Positions 12,925 through 24,464 of a DNA stretch of 64,000 nucleotides are shown piece by piece (the first letter of the stretch is position 1; every line of letters starts with the position of its first letter). The notes under the pieces were generated by a model. The model was not told the DNA's origin. It did no database searches and saw only the letters and a list, made by a program, of their open reading frames with translations. The position numbers were made by a program, and so were the translations under genes. This DNA is from Lama glama (Eukaryota): positions 48,858,001 through 48,922,000 of the forward strand of contig CM052817.1 of assembly GCA_028534125.1 (NCBI GenBank). The letters are read 5' to 3'.

Positions 12925-13530
12925 ATATTCTTGCCTCCTCTGTCATAGATTGACCATACGTGCGTGGCTTGTTTCTGGGTTTTCTATCCTGTTCCATTAT
13001 CGGTGTGTCTGTTTTTGTGCCAGTAGCATACTGTTTTGATTGCTGTGGCTCTGTGGTGTGGTCTGAGATCAGGGAGCATGATTCCTCCAGCTCCATTCTT
13101 CTTTCTCAAGGTTATTTTGGCTATGCAGGGTCTTCTGTGTTTCTATACAAATTTAAAAATTTTTTGTTTGAATGGTCTCTTCAATAAGTGGTGCCAGGGA
13201 AGCTAGACAGCTACATGTAAAAGAATGAAATTAGAACATTTTCTAACACCATATACAAAAATAAACTCAAAATGAATTAAAGACCTAAACGTAAGACTGG
13301 ATACTATACAATTAATAGAGGAAAACATAGAACATTCTTTGACATAAATTGCAGCAATATTTTTTTAAATCTGTTTCCTAGAGTAATGGAAACAAATGGA
13401 ATCTAATTAAACTTAAAAGTTTTTGCACACCATAGGAAACCATAAACAAAACAAAGAGATAACCTATAGAATGGGAGAAACTATTTGCAAATGATGTGAA
13501 TGACAAGGGATTTGTTTCCAAAATATACAA
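12925..13530. mobile_element. L1 ORF2 fragment with internal inversion (12925-13169 antisense, 13170-13530 sense)
   Basis: Antisense part resembles ORF2 '...WYWHKNRH..NPRTYGQ..GGKNI'; sense part continues 'LFNKW..TATCKRMKLEHFLTPYTKINSK'. Confidence 0.85.
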
Positions 13531-14569
13531 TTTTGCCCTCCTATACATCATTCAGTTTAATAAACAATGCACAGATATATATGGCTCTTACTAAAAATGA
13601 GGCTCTTTGAGGAATGCAGTAGATAGCCACGATCTCTATTTGCAGAGACCATCTAAAGAGAACATGCTTTCTGTTGGACATTGATAGAGAGGCTGTGAGG
13701 AGACATGTCATCTGGAGCCCAGAGTTGGGTTTCATTACGACTTTAGCATTAGTGCACACATAAATTCATGCTTTAGTAACTTTTAGGATCCCAGGGTTTC
13801 CAGGTTCCTTTTAAAGACACACATTACAAAATACAAGGAGTAGTCAAGAAAACTTTTTATTTTTATAAACTGTTATTTATCCAGTATGATCCTAGGACCC
13901 TCTATAACTTGGTCTTATGTTTACTCCAGTAGGTCTTTTTTTCCTTTCTGACCATTCAAGACAGCAAGTGGAAGTCTGGGAATCACTACTTTCTTCTTGA
14001 TGAGGTCAGAACCTGGTCATGAAGAATTTCTAAAGTAGACAGGTGTATTGTCTGTTTCCCCTGAAATTCTAATTTATTTCACTGAAGAGCTAGTATATGT
14101 GGATAAGAGATGTGTTTTTCTGAGGTTAATTTTTCTGGAGAGCATTAGAATTGACTTTCCCTGACTGCTGGGAAGCTGGGCTGTAGCTGGGCTCTCATTT
14201 GGAGTGACTGCAGCTGGATTTCAGCATGGCCTTCTGGTCTTATTTCATTCCAGTACCAAAGTTTTGGATTGTTGAGGCAAACTGGAGGCTTTCTTAAGTT
14301 ATTGAAAGGAGGGCACTTCAGTTGTCAGTGCCTCACTTTTCACCTTGTTTTGTTGCTGTTAACTTCCTTCGGCTACCTTGATTTGAGTCAGCTTTGGCCG
14401 GAAGTTTCAACACTCCCTGGGTATTATTAATAAATTGGCATAGAAATCTGGGAAAATACAGTCTTGTGGATATCTTTGCTACTTACATAAGAAAATTGCT
14501 TATCAGGTGATACTTGTTCTCTATATCTGTATAACAGAAATGTTATATTCTGAACAAGAGCATTTTTAA

Positions 14570-14698
14570 AATTTTATTTTTGGGGGGTGGTGATTAGGTT
14601 TATTTATTTATTTATTAAATGGAGGTACTGAGGATTGAACCCAGGACCTCATGCATACTAGGCACGCACTCTACCACTGATCTATGCCTTCCAACCCC
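14570..14698 (-). mobile_element. tRNA-derived camelid SINE (Vic-1-like)
   Basis: Reverse strand: A box TAGATCAGTGG, B box GGTTCAATCC, (TAAA)n, CCTAATCACCACCCCCC, A-rich tail; degenerate flanking repeat tgaacaagagcatt / tgaacaaaactatt. Confidence 0.85.
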
Positions 14699-16841
14699 TG
14701 AACAAAACTATTGCTAAGATACTTATTATCTTTCCTTTCTTTCTCAGGTCAGAGGTTATTTCTAAAAATAAAACAAGTTTATATACTTATTTGTATATTC
14801 ATTAGAAATAGCTTCTATTTTATTTCTATTTTTCTTTCTTTTATTTTGCTGAGTTGATGTCATTAAAAATACCAATTTTAGTGTTGAATTTATCTGCCTG
14901 GTAAACATCTATTGAGCATCTAATTTGTGCTTATCTCATTGTCAGTAACCTATTTATCCATTAAGGTTCAGCTCAAAGTCACTAATGGGATCTTTCCTAA
15001 TTTGTGTAGGTAGAGCTAATTTTCCCTTTGCTTAAAATACAAAAACAAACAAACAAAAAACCTCCATGAATACTTTTTTGGAGCACTAATTACATTTATT
15101 GAAATTGTATATATGTTTATCTCCCCTCAGTAGACTGTACAATCCTTAAAGGTGAAAAAAACTACTTTACTCTAAAACTTTAGCATTTAGCACAAGTGCC
15201 ACAAAAATAATACTTAATTTCTTAATGAATGGGTGAAACCTGAAAGACTGTATGAGGGACATGTGAGTTGTCTCCTCAAGGAAGTAACAGAATAATGGAG
15301 ATGAATTTAGCTCTCTGTTTACTATTCCGTGAAAGCCTCTTTTAATAATTATTATATAAACTGTACGTGAATGTGCTATGTAGTATCTCTGTAGCTGATT
15401 ACATTTTAAAATGGCTTAATGTGTTCAGGGACACACTGATTTTGCCAGCTGTTTTAGATGAGATGAGCATTATTCTATGGTCAATATAGTTTGGCAAATG
15501 TATTTAAGCAAAATGATTTTTTAAACTGGCATTTTCAAGAATGTTACTATGTGTAGATATACTATAAATTTCCAAGAGATATTTTGGGGATAAATATTTA
15601 TTTTGGGGGGGCCATCTAGTGAGATTATGCTTCAAGAAACACCCTGGTAAACAGTGATTTAGTGGCTCCTGTCTCTGTTAGCCAACACTGGGTTACAGAG
15701 GAAAGTGGAGGTTCGATTGACAGATTTATTGGAAAACTATCCCATTAACCACAATAATCAAAGTTGTCAGGACCAGAAAGGACTTTGCCCAAATCCACTG
15801 GGGGAAAAACTTATTAATCGTAATAGAGTATATTTACTTCACAAATCCAGCAGTTAAAAGTAAATGACAGTGTTTTATTTTTCCCCCAGGAAGTTACAAT
15901 GACATAATTTGAGGTGAATAACATAAAAATTCTAATCTGAGAGTTAAGAAATACATCAAAGTCAAAAAAAAAATAGGAGGGAAAATAGTGAATTACTTGC
16001 AGAGCTGGCCCTCCTAATCTTCAGAGCAGCCAGGATTTTCCTTTGGCCCCTCTTCGGGGCTCTGAATTCTACCTTTGTGCCCCTCCGTTTGCTTTCCCAT
16101 GACTACCTTTCACTAATCATTCAGTGGCTTACAACCTGTCAGCTGTAAGGATAGGGAACAATTCCTATAAAATTAATTTACCAAATTGTATTGAAGACAG
16201 TTTGGTCCACTTTGTTGTCATTCGCATAGTGGACTGGGATCACTGACTTTAATACCGAAGAATAAATGTTTAATGTTGGAGGAACCTCTAATCCCTGAAA
16301 ATGGCCAAGAGAGACAGCAGTTTCCTTGCTCAGGCCACGCCAAGAGGCTCATTAGGCTGGCCTTGATCTTTAGCCAGCTTACGGGTCATGGGGTCATGGT
16401 AGAGTTTCCCGCAATAATGCTAAGGATCTCAGCAATGAACAACTTAAACTTGGTGTGGAGAAATGTAGTCATCACTCGGAGAACTTTTCTGATTTCCTGA
16501 TCATTTACCTGTGGGACAAAGGCTGCCATTGTGATACAATGAAAGGCTTCTTTTGCGAGTAGAATCTTGTTGGATGAGTCTGTCACAGACTATAGGAAAG
16601 GCTCTTTTCAACGCCACCTGCTACCTTTTTCTCCTTCAGGGGTTTGTTTCTAGCGTGTTCATCATGGGATTTATGGGAACTGATAAGTAGGACAAATTGT
16701 TCCTCAACAAAGTTCACAAAGCCTTTACTGTATGCATTGCTTTGTATGGGAGGGAAAACATACTTGATAAACTGAAAACCTGTGAGCTTGGTTTTCCCAT
16801 AGCTGATGAAAATGTTAAATGCTTCAAGAATTTTATATGTG

Positions 16842-16842
<1 letters not shown>

Positions 16843-16874
<32 letters not shown>
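16843..16874. repeat. (TG)16 microsatellite
   Basis: Read directly. Confidence 0.95.
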
Positions 16875-16876
<2 letters not shown>

Positions 16877-17149
16877 TGATGCTTGCATTGTCTTGGGACA
16901 AAGAATTTTATTCATGATTTGACATTTCATGGGCTCTGCAGTTTCTATAGCAAAGTATGTGTAGACAAATTTACCCAATTTGTTGTGTTAATGTTACAAT
17001 TGAGTAAGAGAGAACTATTACCATTTAAATATTGATTTTAAGAATTTTTTCCCTCCAATAAGAAGGAATCTTTTGCTAACTTAGATGTTCATATAGGTCA
17101 GAGATATGAAAAAGCTCTTTTTTTGAAAATTAGGTATTTTGAAACTTTT

Positions 17150-17770
17150 ATTAATATATTCCATTTATCAAACTTTCATGGAGTACTTCCTACTGTGCTA
17201 AGTACTGGGGAATAGTTAAATTATTGTGATACTGCAGGAACTTACAATCTATTCAAGAAGGAAACAAGTGCCAATGAATTGTTTTACTAGAGGGTAGAGT
17301 ATAATAATATTCATAAAAAAGTGGAAAAAGTCCAGAGGGAGAGGGTCAAAATGATAAGTAATTCATTCAGTTTGGAGAGATAGGAGGAAGTTTTTCATGC
17401 AGGTCCTAATATTGGACTTGGATCTTGAGAGATGAATTGGATTTTAACAGTGAAACAGAGGAGTGGACATTCCATGAGGAGAGAGTGTGATTAGCAAAGG
17501 CACGGTTGTGTGTGAGGGAGGGCTAGCTGTGGGGAGTGGCAGTGGCCTGTGCGACCCTGGAGGATGCCCGGGAGGCAGGGCTGGAGGTGGGGGGCGGGGT
17601 GAGGGGGATTTGAAAGGAAGTTGGAATTTAGTATGTAGGGGCCTTGAATGCCTTGTGGGGGAAAATGGACTTTGTATTAGAGGCAAAAAGAAGCCTTACA
17701 AGGCATTTGAGCAAGACAGAACTGTAAGTCATTGCAGGTTTTCAAAGATAGCTCTAATGGTGGTATGGCA
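17150..17770. mobile_element. L2 fragment(s), degraded
   Basis: L2-like blocks: 'tactgtgctaagtactgggg', 'ggatcttgagagatgaattggatttt', 'gggccttgaatgcc', 'tttgagcaag'. Confidence 0.6.
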
Positions 17771-18499
17771 GCTAGCTTAGCAAAGGAGGTGCTGTAGAAG
17801 TTACCCTTATTAGCATGAGTCTGAATTTTCTTTGGTGTTGTCATTGTCATTGTGGAGTCCTGGAAACAGAATTTATTTTACTAGATATGCTGTTGAAACA
17901 TAAGGCATAAGACTTGGATCCAAGTTTTTACTTTTCTGCTGCATACTGGATCTACAAGCGTGTAGGACACAGGACTTCGTGGTCTTCAATTTCCCCACAT
18001 ATGAGATGTGAGGACTGTAACAAGATTGTGTGGAGGTTCTGTGATATAATGATTTGAGAAAGCACTTTATAACCTATATGCATGATACAAATGCTGTTTT
18101 TAGGATTCCACCCATTATCTCCTTTTTGTTTTTCTGACGTTAGAGATATTACTTGATTGATTTGATATCCTATACCAACACATCAAGCTTAATATCCTAT
18201 GGTATATAAATTACAGATTCAGTTGCATAATTGAGTAATTCAGACTCAATTATTCAGGAGGTTTTTTAAAATTAAATCATCATCTGCTCTCCTTAATACA
18301 AGCAGCAGAGGTACAAGCGTAAGCTACTGAATAGACTTTCATTCAAGGTAATTCTAGGACTGGTTGATTTTGGTCACCTCCACTCCCAATGCTTTCCCTA
18401 GAATAGTTAGTCAACAGGAAGTGTATATTCAAATCTGTTAAAATTTATTTTGCATTCCTACCAGCAACACACATTTAGAAAATGGGAAACCAAGATCTT

Positions 18500-18640
18500 C
18501 TCTGTCATGTTTACTAAAGAGGAGTGCCAAATACATTAATGAGAGAACACTGTATAATATTTCAATTGCATTTATTTTTCTTTTATTAACAGGAATATTG
18601 ATTCTTCAAGGAAGTGGCTCATGTTCAATTTTACAGTGAC
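18500..18640 (-). other. FDCSP: FDCSP non-coding exon 5 (3'UTR) with AATAAA at 18582-18587 and 18571-18576
   Basis: tttcag|GTCACTGTAAAATTGAACATGAGCCACTTCCTTGAAGAATCAATATTCCTGTTAATAAAAG; 3' end approximate. Confidence 0.8.
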
Positions 18641-19488
18641 CTGAAATAAATCACAGGCATATAGTTATTAATCTCAATGGGTCATTTGCTCGCAAACACG
18701 TAAGTTTTTTACTTTTTAATTATAAATGGTGCCTCAAAAGTATATCTAGTTCAAGGACTGGGAAACTTTCTGCTCAGGAAGACTGAGTAGTTGCAGGAAA
18801 GATGGCACAGGTCTTTACTAGTTGGTATTAGATGAAAGATTTTGTCCTCTGGGTCCTAATATAATCTTTAGTATAGTCTACATTTCCTCAATTCATTGGT
18901 AATGGACAGACCATCAGTTCGTTTTTGAGATGATGAGATGATAATGACCTCTGTTACAGTGGAGTATTTTATTGTAATGCGACCATCAGAAGTTAGGGTT
19001 TTAATATTAATTAGAAAAATGCATGATTTTCTAGGAAATAGGCTGAGGTCTACCTTAGACTCTAAATCCGCAAGTTCATCTGTTACGATCTTTGGTTAAA
19101 GTTTTGCCTTCTTTAGTGCTCTGATTCAGTCCTTAAATGCACAGCCCTTGATGATAGTAGAAAATGTTAAAAAATATTTTGCAGAAAATATTTTAATAAG
19201 AAAGAGTTTATTTGTATTACGTCACAGCAAGTGAGGGATTTAAGCTGCTGTGTTGGTTGGATCATGGAAGGACACGTGTTTGTACCTCTGAGTAGAGATC
19301 CTAACAATTTCTACCAGAGAACAAGATTGAAATAATTTGTAACTTAGTGGTGCCAAGTGAAAACATTATAACATTTTTTTTCATGAAATGATGCATTTCA
19401 ATCCACAAACAACAAAGTTAGAAAACACATGCTGTACTCTATATACTTACCACCTATTTCATCTTAAATTGCACTTTATTTTTCTTAT

Positions 19489-19650
19489 TTACTGCTCATT
19501 AAGAGGGATAGGTGTGGGGGCAGACCCAGGTACTGGAATAGGAGGATAAAAGTAGCTAAGCCATGGATATAGGAATGGTGGATATGTGCCAAATGGATAT
19601 CGGTAAGGCGGCAGACAGAGCTGCGAAGGTAGTTCATTACTGTCACTGGC
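19489..19650 (-). CDS. FDCSP: FDCSP exon 4 coding part (exon 19451..19650)
   Basis: caacag|GCC AGT GAC...; TAA 19489-19491; donor GTG|gtaagt at 19451/19450. Confidence 0.92.
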   Translation of the reverse strand, partial: ASDSNELPSQLCLPPYRYPFGTYPPFLYPWLSYFYPPIPVPGSAPTPIPLNEQ

Positions 19651-21133
19651 CTGTTGAAAGAAAGAAGTCAAATTAACATGTGAGTTTTCATTTTTAAGTA
19701 GAGGTTTTAGAAGTTCTGAAATCATTTACCTTTTCTGTGTATACTATAAATAAGGCTTTGATTAATTTGCATTTTTAAAGAGAATTTTAGGAAATTACTT
19801 AGAGATAACCATGTGCTTGTACGTTTCTACTCGTAGCCAAATTTTCCTGATAATCAGTTCTGTAAGTATAAGGCCAAGGGGAGGGTGCTGAAGAGGAGAC
19901 ATCAGTTTCTCCTTCTTTGCCCAAGGACCTCAGACACAGTCTCATCTACCTCTTTTCTTTCTTCCCTCTTTCCCTCTCCACCTTCCTTCCGTATTCCTTT
20001 TAATTTCTGTATCCTTAACATGCTAGTTTTGGTCTCAAAATCATGCTTCTTTCCAGATAATAAGATTTATGAGTGTAAACATAAATCTTCCTTTTCAAAT
20101 TTTATTTTCTTTTTGTTAAACATTTTTGATTAACTGTTTAGACCAAAATAAGCTTTTAATGAATTTTCCACCAGTGGGGCCATCAGAACAGGTCCACATT
20201 TCCTAATTCTCAAGTTGTTGTTGTTGTTCTTCTTCTTCGTCATCATCATCATCATCATTATTTTACCTTCTCTGGAATTGGTTTTGTAGAGTTAAAGGTG
20301 AGTGGAGACATGAGCAATTATGAACCTTTATTAGACTAGAAAATGTCAGTAAAATATATTATAACCCAATCCATCACAGAGTGATAAATCAGTTTAGTCC
20401 CACTGTTACATGAGATGATAAGATAATTCTCTTTCTGCAAGCAGAGATCAAATTCGTGAAGGCTAAACCTCTGTTGAGTCTAATATTCAAACTTTCTAAG
20501 GATTTCTCTAGATTTCAAGATGTTTGGATAAAGAAATATCTTTAACCACAGTTGTGAATATTTCATATGGAAATCTTACATGATAAAAAGAGAAAGTGTA
20601 ACTTACACTTCGTTCTTCTCTTTCCTTGCCTTGAGAGACCTAAAGCTCAAACAGTAAAATTAGTTCAACTCATGCTAATAAAACACACAGAAATACACAC
20701 ATATATAGGAGAGAAGTAATTTGATTATTCACTAGCTAACATTGTCTCATAGTATATATTTCTTTTAACCTAGGATTTAAGCTTCCAGAAAATATTGTAG
20801 GAATTATTTTTCTGAAAAATGTTACTCTAAATTCACTCTAAATGCCTCAAATTTACCACTGCACAAAGCTATGTGGAATTAAGCTACACACTGAACAGTG
20901 TATAATTTATAAAATTTTATAGAATATAACATTAAAAAGCCAGATATTAAGTATGCTTATAAAGTAGAATACAGTGTGAAGAGGAGAAAAATCCTAGGAT
21001 TCATGAATTAGAACAACAACAAGAACACCCATAAATACTCTGGAATGTAGAAATGGATACTCACCGGGAAACCAGTGGTCACTGCCAACATGGCTGTGAT
21101 CACAAGGAGGACTTTAATCTTATTCAGAGACAT
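19489..21133 (-). CDS. FDCSP: Follicular dendritic cell secreted protein, 87 aa as modelled; complement(join(19489..19650,20607..20639,21065..21133))
   Basis: MSLNKIKVLLVITAMLAVTTGFP|VSQGKEREERS|ASDSNELPSQLCLPPYRYPFGTYPPFLYPWLSYFYPPIPVPGSAPTPIPLNEQ*. Resembles human FDCSP; syntenic between ODAM and CSN3; phase-0 GT-AG introns. Start codon choice is uncertain (see findings). Confidence 0.9.
20214..20261. repeat. Compound trinucleotide repeat (GTT)5(CTT)3 CGT (CAT)6 TAT in FDCSP intron 3
   Basis: Read directly. Confidence 0.9.
20607..20639 (-). CDS. FDCSP: FDCSP exon 3 (33 nt, VSQGKEREERS)
   Basis: ctttag|GTC ... AGT|gtaagt. Confidence 0.92.
21065..21133 (-). CDS. FDCSP: FDCSP exon 2, signal peptide
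   Basis: ctcctag|C ATG TCT CTG AAT AAG ATT AAA GTC ... TTC CCG|gtgagt. Confidence 0.8.
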
Positions 21134-22498
21134 GCTAGGAGTAACAGAAAGACCAAATGTTAACACAAACTCAGAAGATCTAGCTGTGGTACAAATTGTG
21201 TTACTAATAGCTCTTAGACCTTGGACAAGTTACTTAACAATCTTAGGACATCAACCTATTTGGAGAGCATTGTTTTTTGGGTAACATCAAAGGTGTTTTG
21301 CAATATTATAACTATGTGGCATCGATTCTTTTAAAAACAATGCCCACATATTATTTAAGAATAATATAACATGGTAATAAGAGTAGTTTCTGGAATGAAA
21401 TATGGCCTTGGTTTATACAGAGAATATTAATGTGGGAATAAGTTACTTAGAGATCTCAAGAATTTAAAAACAAGATTCCATACAATAATAACCATGAAAT
21501 TAATTTAGGTGATGGATTATTTGCGTTGGTTCCCAGGCAGCCCCCCAAATTCCATGCTGTTTGGAGGGGATCTATTTTTGACATATGAGAAAGGACATTT
21601 CCAAAGCATTTTGTTCTCCTTTAGTTTCTACTGTAGACTTATGATACACTTTGTTATAGTGTATCAGTTATATTTGCTAATAAATACTTGAGAAATCTGA
21701 GCTAAATCAAATATATAACTAACAATCATATTATACAATTGAGATGTAGACAATAAAGCATAGAAGCTTGCATTTAAAACCATATTTTTTCATAAATACA
21801 ATACGCCTGTGTATATTACTTGATTTCAAACACAAATGGACAATTTTCCCTGTGGGGTAGTACCATTAGTCGTTAGTCTTCCTCTTTGTCATGGTGTGCA
21901 TGCATTTTACACTATGGAGTATATGGGGGAGCAGTCAGATTGGAAAGAGGGGGTTGGCTAAGGGACTTTTCTTCAAGTTGCCCTCATATTTATTCACTTA
22001 TTTATCCATAAAGTACTTCTTGATCACTGATTGTCAAGCACCATTCTAGGAACTGAGTATAGATAACAGCTGAGAAAGTCCCTACTTTCATGGACCTTAA
22101 TAATAACATTGTTATAATGTTATATGATACATCACCATGTTTTCCGAAGATTATTTAATTAATTTTACATTGAGGAAAATGTCAGTTGCCCATGTCATTA
22201 TTATTAAAATGGGGTGGCATGGAGTTGATTTTAATAAGATTCTAGGGAGATTTCATCATCTCTTGATGTTTTCTAAATATCTATGAGACAGAAAAATAAA
22301 ATGTGAAAGAAAAAATATACTCAAGCTTTTAACTTTGTCTTCACTTTTTGTCATATTAATCAAAATTCAAATTGGGATTTAAAGAAAATACCAGGTAATG
22401 TTATAATTGTAATAAGACAAGTCAAGTTCAAAATTCTATAGGAAGACTAGCAGTATAAGCAATTAACAGTGAAAGTTTTACACACAGGCACACACTGG

Positions 22499-22524
22499 CA
22501 CACACACACACACACACACACACA
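22499..22524. repeat. (CA)13 microsatellite in FDCSP intron 1
   Basis: Read directly. Confidence 0.9.
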
Positions 22525-23549
22525 AAACACACAGCTACTTCTCATAAACACACATATATACACGCATATAGCCTAACTTCTAAGTGCAAAGCATTGTGCT
22601 AGGTGCTGTCAGGGGCATAATTTCTGTCCTCTGGCAGTTAGGAAGGAAAGACAGATACTTTTACAATGTACTATACATAGAAATTACAAAATACTGAGAG
22701 GATAAAGAAGAAAACAAAGACAAATCAAGGATAGTTTTGGAGAGGATAGAATTCAAGCAGAACATTTACAATAGGAGATATCAAACTGGTTTCAAGGATT
22801 ATTTAAAACCACTTTAAGCAAAAAGGTAAATAAAACACATCATGGACTCTTCCAGGTCATATTTTGTAGTCAGCACATAGCATAATTACCAATTACCACC
22901 TTTTATTTTTCTTCTCAAGCTATGGTACATACATAGCAATACATTGCTGTATGTTGGGGAATAAACCCAGTGTCTGAATAAGTTAGATGCATCTGCCTGC
23001 AGCATCAACTTCACTCAAAGATTTATAGGAGAGCACAAGTAACTTTTACCTTAAAATCAACACGGTATGTTATAGAATGGAATGTAAATACAGCAAATTT
23101 TAAAGATAACACAGAGGCTACAAATAAATTGGCATCTGTTCATACTTTAGAGAATATCGGTTAGTGCATGTTCCCTTTATTTGCTGACTTAGACCCTTAA
23201 AATTAAAACTGATGGGCGTGAGGCTCTGTAACAGTCTTGGTGTGCTACCAGCATGCCCCCCTCCCCTGCCGAAGATTTATTCATGGTCATTCTAAAATAC
23301 GCACTTACTATAGCTGGATGGTGATTTTAAGAAAAAGTTTTATAAATAGGTGTATCCCACATGATTGTCTAATTACTTATAGTTTACAAATTCAAGCAAC
23401 CATTACATGCCAATCTCAATAATTTTAATTTGGACAGCTTACAGGATGCGTACATATCTATATCTATCTATCTAGATAATACAGATTATATATAAGGTAC
23501 ACAAAATATCTTGATATTTAAGATCAATGATATTTAAGAACTCTCTTAC

Positions 23550-23606
23550 CTCAGACTTGCCAGTCAGTGTCTTCTCTTGGATGCTGTGATAACAAATTGG
23601 GAGTGA
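23550..23606 (-). other. FDCSP: FDCSP non-coding exon 1 (5' end approximate)
   Basis: ...CAGCATCCAAGAGAAGACACTGACTGGCAAGTCTGAG|gtaaga, with TATAAA about 25-30 nt upstream. Confidence 0.8.
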
Positions 23607-23630
23607 CTGACCCTGGAATATCACAGCTAA

Positions 23631-23636
23631 TTTATA
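23631..23636 (-). promoter_or_regulatory. FDCSP TATA box (TATAAA)
   Basis: Canonical motif at canonical distance from exon 1. Confidence 0.75.
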
Positions 23637-23865
23637 CACTCAGAAGTGAATGGAATGGAGAAGTCTGCGGCTTGAAGGCCTCTCCCTGGGATCAGTTATT
23701 AGTTGAATCATCAACTATCACAGTGTGTTGAAATTGGGGAATAACTGACATTTACAGTTTCATTGAAACTTTGGCTGAGTGACTACCAAATACAACTATT
23801 TGTGGTTTCTTTTCACAGTTGTGTATCTTTGTATATTCCAAGCTCATCACTTCACATAATGTAGC

Positions 23866-24365
23866 NNNNNNNNNNNNNNNNNNNNNNNNNNNNNNNNNNN
23901 NNNNNNNNNNNNNNNNNNNNNNNNNNNNNNNNNNNNNNNNNNNNNNNNNNNNNNNNNNNNNNNNNNNNNNNNNNNNNNNNNNNNNNNNNNNNNNNNNNNN
24001 NNNNNNNNNNNNNNNNNNNNNNNNNNNNNNNNNNNNNNNNNNNNNNNNNNNNNNNNNNNNNNNNNNNNNNNNNNNNNNNNNNNNNNNNNNNNNNNNNNNN
24101 NNNNNNNNNNNNNNNNNNNNNNNNNNNNNNNNNNNNNNNNNNNNNNNNNNNNNNNNNNNNNNNNNNNNNNNNNNNNNNNNNNNNNNNNNNNNNNNNNNNN
24201 NNNNNNNNNNNNNNNNNNNNNNNNNNNNNNNNNNNNNNNNNNNNNNNNNNNNNNNNNNNNNNNNNNNNNNNNNNNNNNNNNNNNNNNNNNNNNNNNNNNN
24301 NNNNNNNNNNNNNNNNNNNNNNNNNNNNNNNNNNNNNNNNNNNNNNNNNNNNNNNNNNNNNNNNN
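23866..24365. other. Assembly gap (500 N)
   Basis: N run; round length suggests a placeholder size. Confidence 0.99.
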
Positions 24366-24464
24366 CTCATAGGGAAAAATGCATGATATGTCATAACATT
24401 GACACACACAACTGAAACAAGGTTTAAAGAACAATGATAGTTTTATTTATTCAACTTTCTAAAT

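Noticed and set aside
14570..14698. tRNA gene (also 44760-44935)
   Set aside because: A/B boxes present but followed by SINE body and A-rich tail; degenerate SINE copies, not tRNAs.
16273..16978. Cluster of 60-130 aa ORFs suggesting a processed pseudogene
   Set aside because: No recognisable protein in any frame, no poly(A) or target-site duplication; one ORF runs through a (CA)n repeat.
17444..17780. Pro-rich / Gly-rich ORFs that could be mistaken for a Pro-rich SCPP exon
   Set aside because: G-rich patch within an L2-like relic; no convincing splice sites.
23819..24434. 185-198 aa ORFs
   Set aside because: Artifacts of translating the N gap.
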